From Acidimicrobiia bacterium (GTDB taxonomy: Bacteria; Actinomycetota; Acidimicrobiia; Spongiisociales; ZC4RG35): a DNA stretch of 64,000 bases. A program made the translations under genes and the position numbers. The stretch lies in assembly GCA_036375695.1 (NCBI GenBank), contig DASVBU010000007.1, forward strand, positions 5,380 to 69,379, in the 5' to 3' direction. Of this stretch, positions 40,224-49,828 are shown in pieces. The notes under the pieces are model-generated. The model saw only the letters and a list, made by a program, of their open reading frames with translations. It was not told the DNA's origin and searched no databases. The first letter of the stretch is position 1; every line of letters starts with the position of its first letter.

Positions 40224-40694
40224 GTGGTGGCCGACCCCTTCGTACCCGACGATTTCAACCCGCCCCGGGAACTGGTCACTCCGCAGTTCCGTCTCGAGCC
40301 CCTCGGTCCCGAGCACAATGAGCGTGATCACACGGCCTGGATGAGCAGCATCGAGCACATCCGATCCACCCCCGGCTTCCCCGACGGGGATTGGCCCCCG
40401 TTGGAGGGCATGACCCTGGAGCGAAACCTCGCCGATCTGCAAAGACACGCCGACGACTTCGAGCGGCGGGTCGGGTTCACCTACACCGTCCTCGACGACA
40501 CGGACGACGTCATCGGCTGTGTCTACATCTACCCCGATCCGACGGGCGCCAGCGACGCCGAGGTGCAGTCGTGGGTGCGGGCAGACCGTGCCGACCTCGA
40601 CATGGTGCTCTACGACGCCGTTTCGGAGTGGCTCGCCACCCACTGGCCGTTCGGGACCGTCCGCTACGCGCCCCGGCGTCCCCAGGCCGGGTAG
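40224..40694 (+). CDS. Possible GNAT-like acetyltransferase
   Basis: 156 aa. 'LRLEPLGPEHNERDHTAW' and 'IGCVYIYP' give a weak GNAT resemblance. Confidence 0.35.
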   Translation: MVADPFVPDDFNPPRELVTPQFRLEPLGPEHNERDHTAWMSSIEHIRSTPGFPDGDWPPLEGMTLERNLADLQRHADDFERRVGFTYTVLDDTDDVIGCVYIYPDPTGASDAEVQSWVRADRADLDMVLYDAVSEWLATHWPFGTVRYAPRRPQAG

Positions 40695-40770
40695 CGCCCC
40701 GGCGCGTCGTTTCGCCGGCTCGGGCCCACGGGTATGAAACCGGGCGCAACCGTTCCGGAGCTAGCCTGAG

Positions 40771-41202
40771 ATGGTGCTTCTGCAGCAGATCCTTCTCACC
40801 CTGCACATCATCGCCGCAGGGTTGTGGCTCGGTGGCGGCATCTACGCCACCCTCGCCTACCGGAGACATGCGGCCGAGGGCACCCTGAGCAGGGTGATGG
40901 CCGTGGAGGAGAAGATCGGTGCCTTCTTCGGCGTCGCCGTGGTGACGCTGTTGCTCACGGGCATAGGGATGGTCCTCAACTCGGAGCGGTTCAGCTTCAC
41001 CCACGCCTTCGTGATCATCGGGATCGGCGCCATCGTCGTCAGCGGCGCTCTCGAGGGCCGTGTCTTCGGGCCCGCGATGAAGAGGGCAGGCGAGGCCGAA
41101 GGCCCCGCATCCTTCCCTGCGCCGATGCGCTGGGCGCTGCCCTGGTATGTGGTGGTGTTCGTGTTCGTCGTGTGGGCCATGGTCGCCAAGCTCGGCGCCT
41201 AG
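40771..41202 (+). CDS. Hypothetical integral membrane protein
   Basis: 143 aa with 4 TM helices. Confidence 0.5.
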   Translation: MVLLQQILLTLHIIAAGLWLGGGIYATLAYRRHAAEGTLSRVMAVEEKIGAFFGVAVVTLLLTGIGMVLNSERFSFTHAFVIIGIGAIVVSGALEGRVFGPAMKRAGEAEGPASFPAPMRWALPWYVVVFVFVVWAMVAKLGA

Positions 41203-41272
41203 ACCTACGACTGTCGGCCACATGAGAGAGGGGCCCCGGCGACGGAGCCCCTCTGCTCATGTCCCCCCGAAC

Positions 41273-42193
41273 TCAGCGGCTCGTCACGTAGATGTCACCC
41301 ATCCCGGAACGACCGGAACCGAAGTAGAGGACCTTCCCGTTCCTGGAGAGCGAAGGACGCGTGTCGGGGGCCGTGCTGTTCACCAGGGCGCCCAGACTCA
41401 CCGGATCCGACCAGCCGTCACTCGACAGCGTGGACGTGTAGATGTCGGGACCCGTCGCCGCGCCGCCGCGGTTGCTCCAGAAGAACAGTTCCTTGCCGTT
41501 GACCCTCAGGTTCGGCTGGGCCTCCTCGAATTGCGTATTGATCTCCAGGGGTATCCCCGGCCCGTAGGCCCCGCCCGACAGCGGTGACATGTAGATGTCG
41601 TGGTCGGTCGTGGTGTCGCCCGGGAATGCCGGCCGGCCGCTCGAGTACAACAAGACCTTCCCGATCCCTTGCATCACAGCCGGGAACGGGCTGTGCTCCT
41701 CGAACGGGCTGTTGACCACGCAACCCAGGTGGGTGACGCTCGTGGCATGCGAGTTCTCATCCAGTTGGGCGGTGTAGAGATCGGCGTTGGTGGCCGAACC
41801 ACAGTGCCCGGGACGGTTGCTGGCGAAGAAGAACGTCTTCCCGTCCGCCGAGATCGTCGGGCAGAAGTCGTTCGACGTCGAGTTGATCGGCGGCCCGACG
41901 TTCACCGGCTCACTCCACGGTTCGTTGGGGCCGCTCCGGGTGGAGACCCAGATGTCCTGCCCGCCCTGGGACGTCTCATCCTGCCTGGTCGACATGAGGA
42001 AGAACCTCTTGCCATCCGGCGAGATGAAGGGACACCCTTCCGTCGAGTTGTCCAGGTTGAAGCTCGGATGCGCACCCGCCCCGAAGTCCTCGATGCTCAC
42101 CGCCTGGCCCCACGGCCCGGCCGCGCCGGCGACCAGTGCAGCCGATAGGACCAGCAACACCGCAAGGCTGGTGATCGTCGTCTTTCGTCTCAT
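41273..42193 (-). CDS. Secreted TolB-like (PD40/WD40-like) beta-propeller protein
   Basis: About 306 aa from ATG 42193, with the signal peptide 'MRRKTTITSLAVLLVLSAALVAGAAG'. It carries repeated 'P(S/T)IS(A/P)DGK.L(F/Y)F.S.R' PD40-like units. Confidence 0.6.
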   Translation of the reverse strand: MRRKTTITSLAVLLVLSAALVAGAAGPWGQAVSIEDFGAGAHPSFNLDNSTEGCPFISPDGKRFFLMSTRQDETSQGGQDIWVSTRSGPNEPWSEPVNVGPPINSTSNDFCPTISADGKTFFFASNRPGHCGSATNADLYTAQLDENSHATSVTHLGCVVNSPFEEHSPFPAVMQGIGKVLLYSSGRPAFPGDTTTDHDIYMSPLSGGAYGPGIPLEINTQFEEAQPNLRVNGKELFFWSNRGGAATGPDIYTSTLSSDGWSDPVSLGALVNSTAPDTRPSLSRNGKVLYFGSGRSGMGDIYVTSR

Positions 42194-42218
42194 GGGCGTC
42201 TCCCTTCGGCGGGTCCGC

Positions 42219-42632
42219 TCATGGCTTCTCCACCGGTAGTCCCTCTCTCTTCCAAGCCTCGATCCCACCCGAGAGATGACCGAGGTCGCGGTAGCCCAGG
42301 GTCCACAACGTGGACGCAGCCAGGGCCGACCGCTCCCCCGACGAGCAGTAGAGGATGAGGCGGCGACGGTGGTCGAACTCCACCCGATGACGGTGATCCG
42401 CAGGGTCCGCCCAGAACTCGAGCATTCCCCGCGGGGCCCACACCGAGTCAGGGATCCAGCCTGAGACCCTGAGCTCGTCCTCCTCGCGCACGTCGACGAG
42501 AACCGCACCGTCCGACAACTCGCCCCGGACCTCCTGGGGAGACAGGCTCACCAGGTGCCGACTGGCGTCCTCCACCAGTTCGGCTGCCGTTCTGCCGGCT
42601 CTCTCTTCTCCCGTCGACACGGTCCGGACCAT
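42219..42632 (-). CDS. Rhodanese-domain sulfurtransferase
   Basis: 137 aa. The active-site loop is 'LILYCSSGERSALAA', followed by 'GYRDLGHLSGGIEAW'. Confidence 0.8.
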   Translation of the reverse strand: MVRTVSTGEERAGRTAAELVEDASRHLVSLSPQEVRGELSDGAVLVDVREEDELRVSGWIPDSVWAPRGMLEFWADPADHRHRVEFDHRRRLILYCSSGERSALAASTLWTLGYRDLGHLSGGIEAWKREGLPVEKP

Positions 42633-42707
42633 GAATCACGCCGCTGGTACGACTCTGGGAGCCCCCTGGCCACCGCTACCAGCAGATTCCCAGTGGCAGA
42701 TGACACG

Positions 42708-45700
42708 GTGATTCGGGACGCAGGGGTAGAGCCAAGGAGAGTAAGAATCGCCACTGTGAGGTACCGGGCGTTGGGCCCGATCACAGTCGAGGTCGACGGC
42801 CATGCCTCGAGACTCGGCGGTCACCGCCAACGGATCGTTCTGGCGGTACTCCTCAGCCGTGCCAATCAGGTGGTGGCGCAGGACACCCTGATCGACGCCG
42901 TGTGGAGCGGCGAGCCGCCCGAGGCGGCCAGGGCCACCCTGCAGAGCTACATCTACAACCTCCGCCGAGCCACCAAGAGCGACCTCATCCTCCGCCGCGG
43001 CGACGGATATCTGATCGAGGCCGACGCCGGGAGCTTCGACGTGCTCGACTTCACGGCCAAGCTGGAGCAGGGCCGTTCGCTCCTCGCCACCAATCCGGGG
43101 GCGGCCAGGGAGGAGCTCGCAGACGCCCTCGGCCTCTGGTACGGAGCGCCGTACGGCGGGGTGGACCATCTCGAGCTCCACTCCGAGATCCAACGCCTCG
43201 ACGAGATGCGGGTGAACGCAGTCGAGGCGCGGATCCAGGCAGATCTGGCGCTGGGACGGGACGGGGAGCTGGTGGGCGAGCTGGACGCCCTCGTCCGCGA
43301 GTACCCGCTCCGGGAGCGGTTCTGGGGACAGTTGATGCTCGCCCTCTACCGATCCGGGAGGCAGGCCGAGGCACTCCGCACTTTCCAGCAGGCACGCGCC
43401 CGACTGGTCGACGAACTGGGGATCGAGCCCGGGGCCGAACTGCAGGAGCTCGAGGATCGAATCCTGGCTCAGGACCCCTCGCTCCTCCCCGATCGTTCGT
43501 CGAACCCTCACAAGATGGATGCCGGTTCGCTTCGTGGGTACGAATTGCGAGAGGTCCTCGCATCCACCGCTCTGGGTGTGGCCTATCGCGCCTACCAACA
43601 CTCGGTGGGCCGGGAGGTGGTCGTCAAGTCGATCCGGCCCGAGTTCGCCAACGACACGGCATTCGTCGCCCGCTTCGAGAAGGAGGCACAGACGGTCGCA
43701 GCGCTGGGCCACCCGCACATCCTCCCCTTGCACGACTATTGGAGGGACCCGAGTGGTGCCTATCTGGTCGTGCCGTTCATGGCCGGCGGCAGCCTGGCCC
43801 ATTCCCTCCGGGCCCAGCACTGGCACCTGGAGCCGGCGATGCGATTGCTCGACCAGATCGGCGGCGCCCTCGGCCACGCCCATCGCCGGGGAGTGATCCA
43901 CGGGCACCTGACCGCGTCCAGCGTCGTCCTCGACGACGAGGGAAACGCCTATCTGGGGGACTTCGGCATCGGGCTGGCTCCCGACGGCGGTCTTCCGACC
44001 GTGCTCACGGATGTCGAGGCCCTGGGCAGGCTGGCCCTTCACCTGCTCACCGGGGAGCCACCCCGGGGCCAGCCCGACACGACCGGCCTCCCGGCCGGGT
44101 TCGGCGAGGTCGTCGCCCGCGCCGTCGCCGCATCGCCCGGCCGCTATTCCCGGGTGTCCGACTTCCTCCGAGACCTCAGGCGGGCTGCCGGCATGGACGT
44201 GTCCACGGGATCGGATCTGGTCGAGCCACGCGGCGAGCCCATCCGTAACCCGTACAAGGGGCTCCGTGCCTTCACCGAGATGGACGCGGCCGACTTCCAC
44301 GGCCGCGCCGAACTCGTCGGACATCTCCTGCAGACGATCTCCGAGCAGAGGCTGGTCACGATCGTGGGGCCTTCGGGGAGCGGGAAGTCCTCGGTGGTCC
44401 GGGCAGGCGTGGTGCCGTCCTTGCGCGCCGGGGCGTTGGCGGGATCCCAGGACTGGCTGATCACCGACATGTTCCCCGGCTCCTACCCGTTCGAAGAGCT
44501 CGAGGCAGCCCTGCGCCGTGTGTCGGTGCGAGGCGCAGACGACATCATGAGTGAGCTGACCGCACCGACGGGGTTGCTCCGCGTCTGCAAGAGGATCCTC
44601 CCCGAGGACTCGATGCTGCTCCTCATCATCGACCAGTTCGAGGAGCTGTTCTCGCTGGTGCGCTCCGAGGAGGTCAGGCGCACCTTCATCGACAACCTCA
44701 TCGCGGTGGCGGACGACGAGCGGGGTCGGATACGCGTCGTCACCACCATCCGGGCCGACTTCCTCGATCGACCACTCTCCTACGGCGACTTCGCAGCAGC
44801 CATCGCCCCCGGGCTGGTGACAGTCGGGCCACCGGCCCGTGACGGCCTCGCCCAGTCGATCGCCGCCCCGGCACGTGCCGTCGGCCTCGAGCTGGAACCG
44901 GGTCTGGTCACCCAGGTCGTCGCCGACGTGGAGGGCCAACCGGGCGCTCTGCCACTTCTCCAGTACGCGCTCACGGAGACCTTCGCCGCCCGGGAAGGAG
45001 GCACGCTGACCTTCGCCGCCTACGAGTCGACCGGTGGCGTGGCCGGGGCGATCGGGCGACGAGCCGAAGAGCTGTACCAGGACCTGAGCCCTGTCGCCCG
45101 GGAGGTGGCGAGGGAGGTCTTCCTCCGTCTGGTCGCGGTCGACGAAGTCGGAGTGGTGACGCGCAAACGCGCCCGCCAGAACGACCTGACATCGCTGGCC
45201 GTGGATCGGGCGGCCCTGCAGAAGGTGCTCGACGCCTACGCCCGGTTCCGCCTCATCAGCTTCGACCGGGACCCGGTGACCCGAGGTCCGACCGTGGAGG
45301 TCGCCCACGAGGCGCTGCTGACCACGTGGCCGAGGCTGGAGACCTGGATCGACGACGCCCGGGAGACCCTCGTCATGGCCAGACGGGTCGGGGAGTCCGC
45401 CCACGACTGGGTCGCGTCCGACAAGGACCCCAGCTACCTGCTCCGCGGCTCGCGTCTCGACGACATCGAGCGATGGTCCGCCGGCCCGGGCGTGATCCTG
45501 ACCGGCGACGAGGAGGACTTCATCACCGCCAGCGTCATCACCCGCAACGAGGAGATCGCGGCCGGGCGCCGCCGCCGCCGCCGAGCGCTGACGACCCTGT
45601 CCGTGGGGATGGTCCTGGTGAGCCTCTTCGCCATCCTGGCGTTCTTCCAGCGGCAGGCAGCCCGCCGGGAGGCGACCCTCTCCATCAGCAGGGAGCTCGC

Positions 45701-47813
45701 CGGGGCTTCCCGTCAGCTCGCCAATCCGGAGCTGGCCCTCCTGGTGGCCATGGAGGCATTCGACACTTCGATCAGGGACGGTGCGGAGCCGACACAGGAG
45801 GCGGTCAGTGCCCTGGCCCATGCCATGTTCGATTGGCGCCTGATCACACGCTACCCGGCGGCGGGTCGGCTCGGCCCGATGTCGTCCCCGGACGGATCCC
45901 GGGTGGCTGCCCAGTCTGTCGACAACCCCAGGAACGTCGTCGTGTTCGATGCGGGCGGATCCCCGCTGTCCGAGCTCGTCGGTCCGGACCTGGAGGGCAT
46001 CCAGGCCGACTCGACCGCATTCCACCCCGATGGTGAGTTGATCGCGGTCGCATACACCATCGAGGGTGCCCGGACCTATTCGGCAGTCCCGGAAGGTGAA
46101 CCGGACGTGATCTTGTTCCGGGCGTCCACCGGTGCCGAGGTGGCCCGAATCGACCTGGTCCCCATTCCGGACCAGCCGCTCGACAACGGCACGGGCGCTT
46201 TCCCGGTTTCCTTCAGCGCCTCGGGACGGCTTCTGGCACTCTCCGGCGGCACCGAAGTCGCCGTGGTGGACTGGGCCCGAGGCGAGGAGATCACCCGGAT
46301 CCGATTCGCGGGCCCGACGGGCCCTGCGACCTTCCTCGGTGAAGACACGCTCTTCGTCCCCGTGGCCTCACGAGGCTGGACGTGGTACTCGATCAGCGAG
46401 GCCCGGGAAATCGGGGCGGTCGACGTGCCGGGCATGACCGACATCGCCGCGGCCGATCCCGCCGGGCGTCGCCTAGCCCATCGCGTCGGCGAGCGGGTCG
46501 AGGTGTTGGACGCCATGACCAACGAGGTCCTCATCAGCGTGGAGGATCCCGGGATCCTGGCCCTGGCGGTCAGCCCGGACGGCGCGCGTTTCGCCTACTC
46601 CGGATACGACTCCACCATCCACGTCATCGACCTCGAGGGAGGGCGCCCCGAGATCCTTCTCGAGGGCGCCTTGTCGAACGTGATATCGATCACCTTCGTC
46701 GGCCCCGATCGACTCCTCACCAACGGCGAGAACCCGCTCATGTGGGACGTATCCATGGGCTCGGAGGCGTTCGGGTTCGCGTCGCTGTCGAGACCGCAAT
46801 GGGGGTTCCAGGTGTCACCCGACGAACGCTGGCTCGCCTACATGGTCTCCGCGAGCACCGGTCTTCCCATCTTCGACCCGGGCGACGGGGTGCGTCTCAT
46901 CGACCTCGCCTCGCATGACGAGGTCCTGGCCATCGAGGGAGAGCTCCAGAGCGTCCCGATCGGGCTCAGGATGGTGAGCCCCGACTTCACCCTGTTCGGG
47001 TCGCTCCGGGAGGACATGTCGTCCAGCTTGAGGCTCCTGCCCTCCTGGGATCCCGTCGTGGAGTTCGAGCGCTGCCGGGCTGCGCTCGCGTTCTCACCGG
47101 ACAGCACCCGGGTCCTCCTGTCGGGATCACTGTGCCCGGAAGAGCCCGATGGCGCCCCCAACACCGAACTGATCGACCTGGAGACGGGCGAGACGGTGCT
47201 CACCCTGCCCTACTCGTACACCTTCTCAGCCGAGCTGAACCCCGAAGGAACCTTCGAGGCCGGGCGCTATCTCGTCGCCACCGACCAGGACACCGTGGGC
47301 GTCTGGGACACCCACACCGGCGAGCAGTTGGTCGCCCTGGACCCCCCACCCAGCTGGGAGTACGTCCTCGTGGTGAGCTTCGACTCCAGCGGGCGGCGCA
47401 TCGTTGGTGGTACGACTGCAGGGACGGTCTGGGTCCTGGACCTCGCCGCCGTGGTCGAGGGCGCCACGACCGATGAGGCACTGGTGTTCACCAGACAGGC
47501 CCACTCGGGTGCCACCCCAGGCCCGGCCGTGGGCCCCCAGGGGATCGTGGCGTCCCCGGGGTTCGATGGCCTGATCCGGATCTGGGACGTGGATACGGGT
47601 GCCCTTCTCTTCGAGTACGAAGCGGACATGACGACGCCGTATGTCCGGTTCTCCACCGACGGGAGCAGGCTGTTCTATCCCCATGGGCTCAGCATCAGGC
47701 AGATGCCTGTCGACCCCTACGAGCTCCGTGCATTGGCGGGCGAGTTGGTCACTCGGGACTTCCTCCCCGACGAGTGCGAGAGGTACTCCCGCGACCCGTG
47801 CGAACAGGGCTGA
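42708..47813 (+). CDS. Giant multidomain signalling protein: SARP (wHTH + BTAD) - degenerate Ser/Thr kinase - STAND P-loop NTPase - WD40 beta-propeller
   Basis: About 1700 aa. The N-terminus 'YRALGPITVEVDG..RQRIVLAVLL...LIDAVW' is wHTH, and the BTAD carries 'ELHSEIQRLDEMRV...ALYRSGRQAEALRTFQQAR..L..ELGIEP'. The kinase-like region has 'VVVKSI', 'HPHILPL', 'HRRGVIHGHLTASSVVL' (the HRD Asp is replaced) and 'LGDFGIG'. The STAND region has 'PYKGLRAFTEMDAADFHGR' and the Walker A 'GPSGSGKSS'. The C-terminal repeats include 'LIRIWDVDTGALLFEYE'. The start is uncertain: the ATG at 42555 overlaps the rhodanese gene, so GTG 42708 is proposed. Confidence 0.8.
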   Translation: MIRDAGVEPRRVRIATVRYRALGPITVEVDGHASRLGGHRQRIVLAVLLSRANQVVAQDTLIDAVWSGEPPEAARATLQSYIYNLRRATKSDLILRRGDGYLIEADAGSFDVLDFTAKLEQGRSLLATNPGAAREELADALGLWYGAPYGGVDHLELHSEIQRLDEMRVNAVEARIQADLALGRDGELVGELDALVREYPLRERFWGQLMLALYRSGRQAEALRTFQQARARLVDELGIEPGAELQELEDRILAQDPSLLPDRSSNPHKMDAGSLRGYELREVLASTALGVAYRAYQHSVGREVVVKSIRPEFANDTAFVARFEKEAQTVAALGHPHILPLHDYWRDPSGAYLVVPFMAGGSLAHSLRAQHWHLEPAMRLLDQIGGALGHAHRRGVIHGHLTASSVVLDDEGNAYLGDFGIGLAPDGGLPTVLTDVEALGRLALHLLTGEPPRGQPDTTGLPAGFGEVVARAVAASPGRYSRVSDFLRDLRRAAGMDVSTGSDLVEPRGEPIRNPYKGLRAFTEMDAADFHGRAELVGHLLQTISEQRLVTIVGPSGSGKSSVVRAGVVPSLRAGALAGSQDWLITDMFPGSYPFEELEAALRRVSVRGADDIMSELTAPTGLLRVCKRILPEDSMLLLIIDQFEELFSLVRSEEVRRTFIDNLIAVADDERGRIRVVTTIRADFLDRPLSYGDFAAAIAPGLVTVGPPARDGLAQSIAAPARAVGLELEPGLVTQVVADVEGQPGALPLLQYALTETFAAREGGTLTFAAYESTGGVAGAIGRRAEELYQDLSPVAREVAREVFLRLVAVDEVGVVTRKRARQNDLTSLAVDRAALQKVLDAYARFRLISFDRDPVTRGPTVEVAHEALLTTWPRLETWIDDARETLVMARRVGESAHDWVASDKDPSYLLRGSRLDDIERWSAGPGVILTGDEEDFITASVITRNEEIAAGRRRRRRALTTLSVGMVLVSLFAILAFFQRQAARREATLSISRELAGASRQLANPELALLVAMEAFDTSIRDGAEPTQEAVSALAHAMFDWRLITRYPAAGRLGPMSSPDGSRVAAQSVDNPRNVVVFDAGGSPLSELVGPDLEGIQADSTAFHPDGELIAVAYTIEGARTYSAVPEGEPDVILFRASTGAEVARIDLVPIPDQPLDNGTGAFPVSFSASGRLLALSGGTEVAVVDWARGEEITRIRFAGPTGPATFLGEDTLFVPVASRGWTWYSISEAREIGAVDVPGMTDIAAADPAGRRLAHRVGERVEVLDAMTNEVLISVEDPGILALAVSPDGARFAYSGYDSTIHVIDLEGGRPEILLEGALSNVISITFVGPDRLLTNGENPLMWDVSMGSEAFGFASLSRPQWGFQVSPDERWLAYMVSASTGLPIFDPGDGVRLIDLASHDEVLAIEGELQSVPIGLRMVSPDFTLFGSLREDMSSSLRLLPSWDPVVEFERCRAALAFSPDSTRVLLSGSLCPEEPDGAPNTELIDLETGETVLTLPYSYTFSAELNPEGTFEAGRYLVATDQDTVGVWDTHTGEQLVALDPPPSWEYVLVVSFDSSGRRIVGGTTAGTVWVLDLAAVVEGATTDEALVFTRQAHSGATPGPAVGPQGIVASPGFDGLIRIWDVDTGALLFEYEADMTTPYVRFSTDGSRLFYPHGLSIRQMPVDPYELRALAGELVTRDFLPDECERYSRDPCEQG

Positions 47814-47944
47814 GAAGATCGCGAAACAAAATCGTCGATCCCACTTGCACGCCGGCTTCGGGATCTGATACAAATCCGCTGTCTGGCCGATGGGTTCTTC
47901 GGAATTCGTCGGCCAGACACTTTTTTGTCTCCCCTCTTCCCCGC

Positions 47945-48628
47945 TCAGCGGTCCCGGCGGAGCAGTGTCCGTATCGCCGAGTTCTTCCACAGGTTGGACA
48001 CGTACTTCCAGTGACGCTTCCGGTCCACCAGTTGAGCCGTCATCTCCACCTTCGGCTCGGCGACCCCGAAGTGGCCGGCGACCTGGCTCAGCGTGTGGTT
48101 CCAGATCTTGTCCTCCAGCCGCGAGGTGTAGATCTTGAAGCTCACCTCGTACAGCGGGTCGTTGGCGCGGACCAGGAGATGGATCCGGGCGACCGTGACA
48201 CCCTCGTCGTCCTCATGGGCGCTGAATGTGATGATGGCCGCCCAGGGATGACCCTCCGGCGTCATGTACGACCAGGAACGCTCGTCGGCGTAGATCACAC
48301 GGACGCCGGTCGTCACCCGGGTCGGCCCCTTGCCGCCGCCGATGACGGCGATCTCACCGGGGGCGATGCCGCCGGCCGGGGCGTAGAACTTGTTCGACGG
48401 GTACCAGAAGTCCCCGAACTTCGTCTTCCAGGTCGCGATCACCTCTTCCGGCGTCGGGCCCGGGATCCTGACCTCGTAGGTCTTCTGCCAGAGCTGGCCG
48501 AATCCTTGCAGCGGACCCACCGGGCGACGTCCCTCGACGTTGCCGGTCGGTGCCCCCTCGGGGACTTCCCCGAGACGGAACGCATCCACGGGCTTGGCCC
48601 AGTTGTCGGCGTTGATCGGTTCCGCCAT
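47945..48628 (-). CDS. Hypothetical protein (possibly DUF1990-like)
   Basis: 227 aa from ATG 48628 (MAEPINADNW...). The resemblance to DUF1990 is weak. The longer ORF in the track has an Arg-rich N-terminus that is probably not coding. Confidence 0.4.
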   Translation of the reverse strand: MAEPINADNWAKPVDAFRLGEVPEGAPTGNVEGRRPVGPLQGFGQLWQKTYEVRIPGPTPEEVIATWKTKFGDFWYPSNKFYAPAGGIAPGEIAVIGGGKGPTRVTTGVRVIYADERSWSYMTPEGHPWAAIITFSAHEDDEGVTVARIHLLVRANDPLYEVSFKIYTSRLEDKIWNHTLSQVAGHFGVAEPKVEMTAQLVDRKRHWKYVSNLWKNSAIRTLLRRDR

Positions 48629-48678
48629 ACGTGTCCTTTCGACACCACCGATCTTGCCGGGCACGCGTTCCGCGATCG

Positions 48679-49812
48679 TTACGACCGGATCCAGACACCG
48701 GCGGACACCGGCTGAACCGTTTCGGCCACCACGTCCCTCCATCCCGTGGCGATGTCGTCGGGGTCGACGCGGGAGCGGAGCGAGCGTGCGAAGGCGTCGG
48801 TCACCTTCCAGGCGTCGTAGCGGGCCCGGTTGAATCGGCGGTCGATGGCGCCCTGAACGCGCCTTCGGAGAGGGTTGAAGAGCGCCGCCACCGCCAGGGT
48901 GGAGGCGGCAACCGCCAGGGACGAATCCGTCGGCATCATCGACCCGATCACGGTCACGACTCCTACGAAGACCAGACCGAGGAGGCCCACCACCAGCAGG
49001 TAGGTGACGGTGCGGGAGACGATCTTGTCGATGTCGTAGAGACGGTATTTGAGGACCGATATCCCGATCGCGATCGGGAGGCCGAGGATGGCGGCCCCTG
49101 TCAGCAGGTCCCAAACGAACATGGGGACCGGGATCAGGTCGGCCAGCGTCTCCTGGATCGCGGTGGTGACGATCATGGCGAAGACCGCGAAGGCGAACCA
49201 CTTGATCTGCTGCCGCTCCAGATGACGGGCGTTGATCCATCTCGACACGAGCGAGAGCGCGGCGAGGACCACGAATATCGCCAGCACCAGATACCCGGCC
49301 GTGGAGAGTGGCCCGTGCTCCGGGTTGGGGATCCAGGAGATGCCGATCGGGTTATCCGCCCAGACGAGACACGAGCCATCCCCGGCGGTCTCCATGCAGA
49401 TGCGACCGGCGACGACATAGCTCGCGGCCAGCAGCCCGATACCCGCCCCGACCCAGCCGAGAAAGCCCCATCTACTCGAGGCAGGCCTCCCGTCGGGGAA
49501 CCAGTAGACCAGGAGCCCGACGAGCACGAACCAGGAGAGCCAAACCGCGCCACCGATCGCCCCCGCCAGCGCGTTGCCTCCCTTTGCCAGGTCGTCGAGG
49601 ACACCGCTGCTGAGGAGGAACACGCCGATGCCGGTCATCACCCAGCCGACGCGGTTGCCGTCTGTCCGGTAGAGGATCAGAGCGCCGACGACCGCGAAGA
49701 CCAGAGCTGCCAGACCGAGCAGGACCTCACCGGGCTCCTCCGCATCCGAGATCGCCATCGCGCTCAGGGCGGCCGCCCCGGAGACCAGGGCCAGCGAGGA
49801 GGCGACCCTCAC
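48679..49812 (-). CDS. Membrane protein resembling a histidine-kinase sensor/linker region without a kinase core (paralog 1)
   Basis: 377 aa with about 8 TM helices. The C-terminus 'VLKYRLYDIDKIVSRT...NPLRRRVQGAIDRRFNRARYDA...VAETVQPVSAGVWIRS' ends where HisKA_3 would normally begin. Confidence 0.6.
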   Translation of the reverse strand: MRVASSLALVSGAAALSAMAISDAEEPGEVLLGLAALVFAVVGALILYRTDGNRVGWVMTGIGVFLLSSGVLDDLAKGGNALAGAIGGAVWLSWFVLVGLLVYWFPDGRPASSRWGFLGWVGAGIGLLAASYVVAGRICMETAGDGSCLVWADNPIGISWIPNPEHGPLSTAGYLVLAIFVVLAALSLVSRWINARHLERQQIKWFAFAVFAMIVTTAIQETLADLIPVPMFVWDLLTGAAILGLPIAIGISVLKYRLYDIDKIVSRTVTYLLVVGLLGLVFVGVVTVIGSMMPTDSSLAVAASTLAVAALFNPLRRRVQGAIDRRFNRARYDAWKVTDAFARSLRSRVDPDDIATGWRDVVAETVQPVSAGVWIRS

Positions 49813-49828
49813 ACCGACGGATCTGCGC

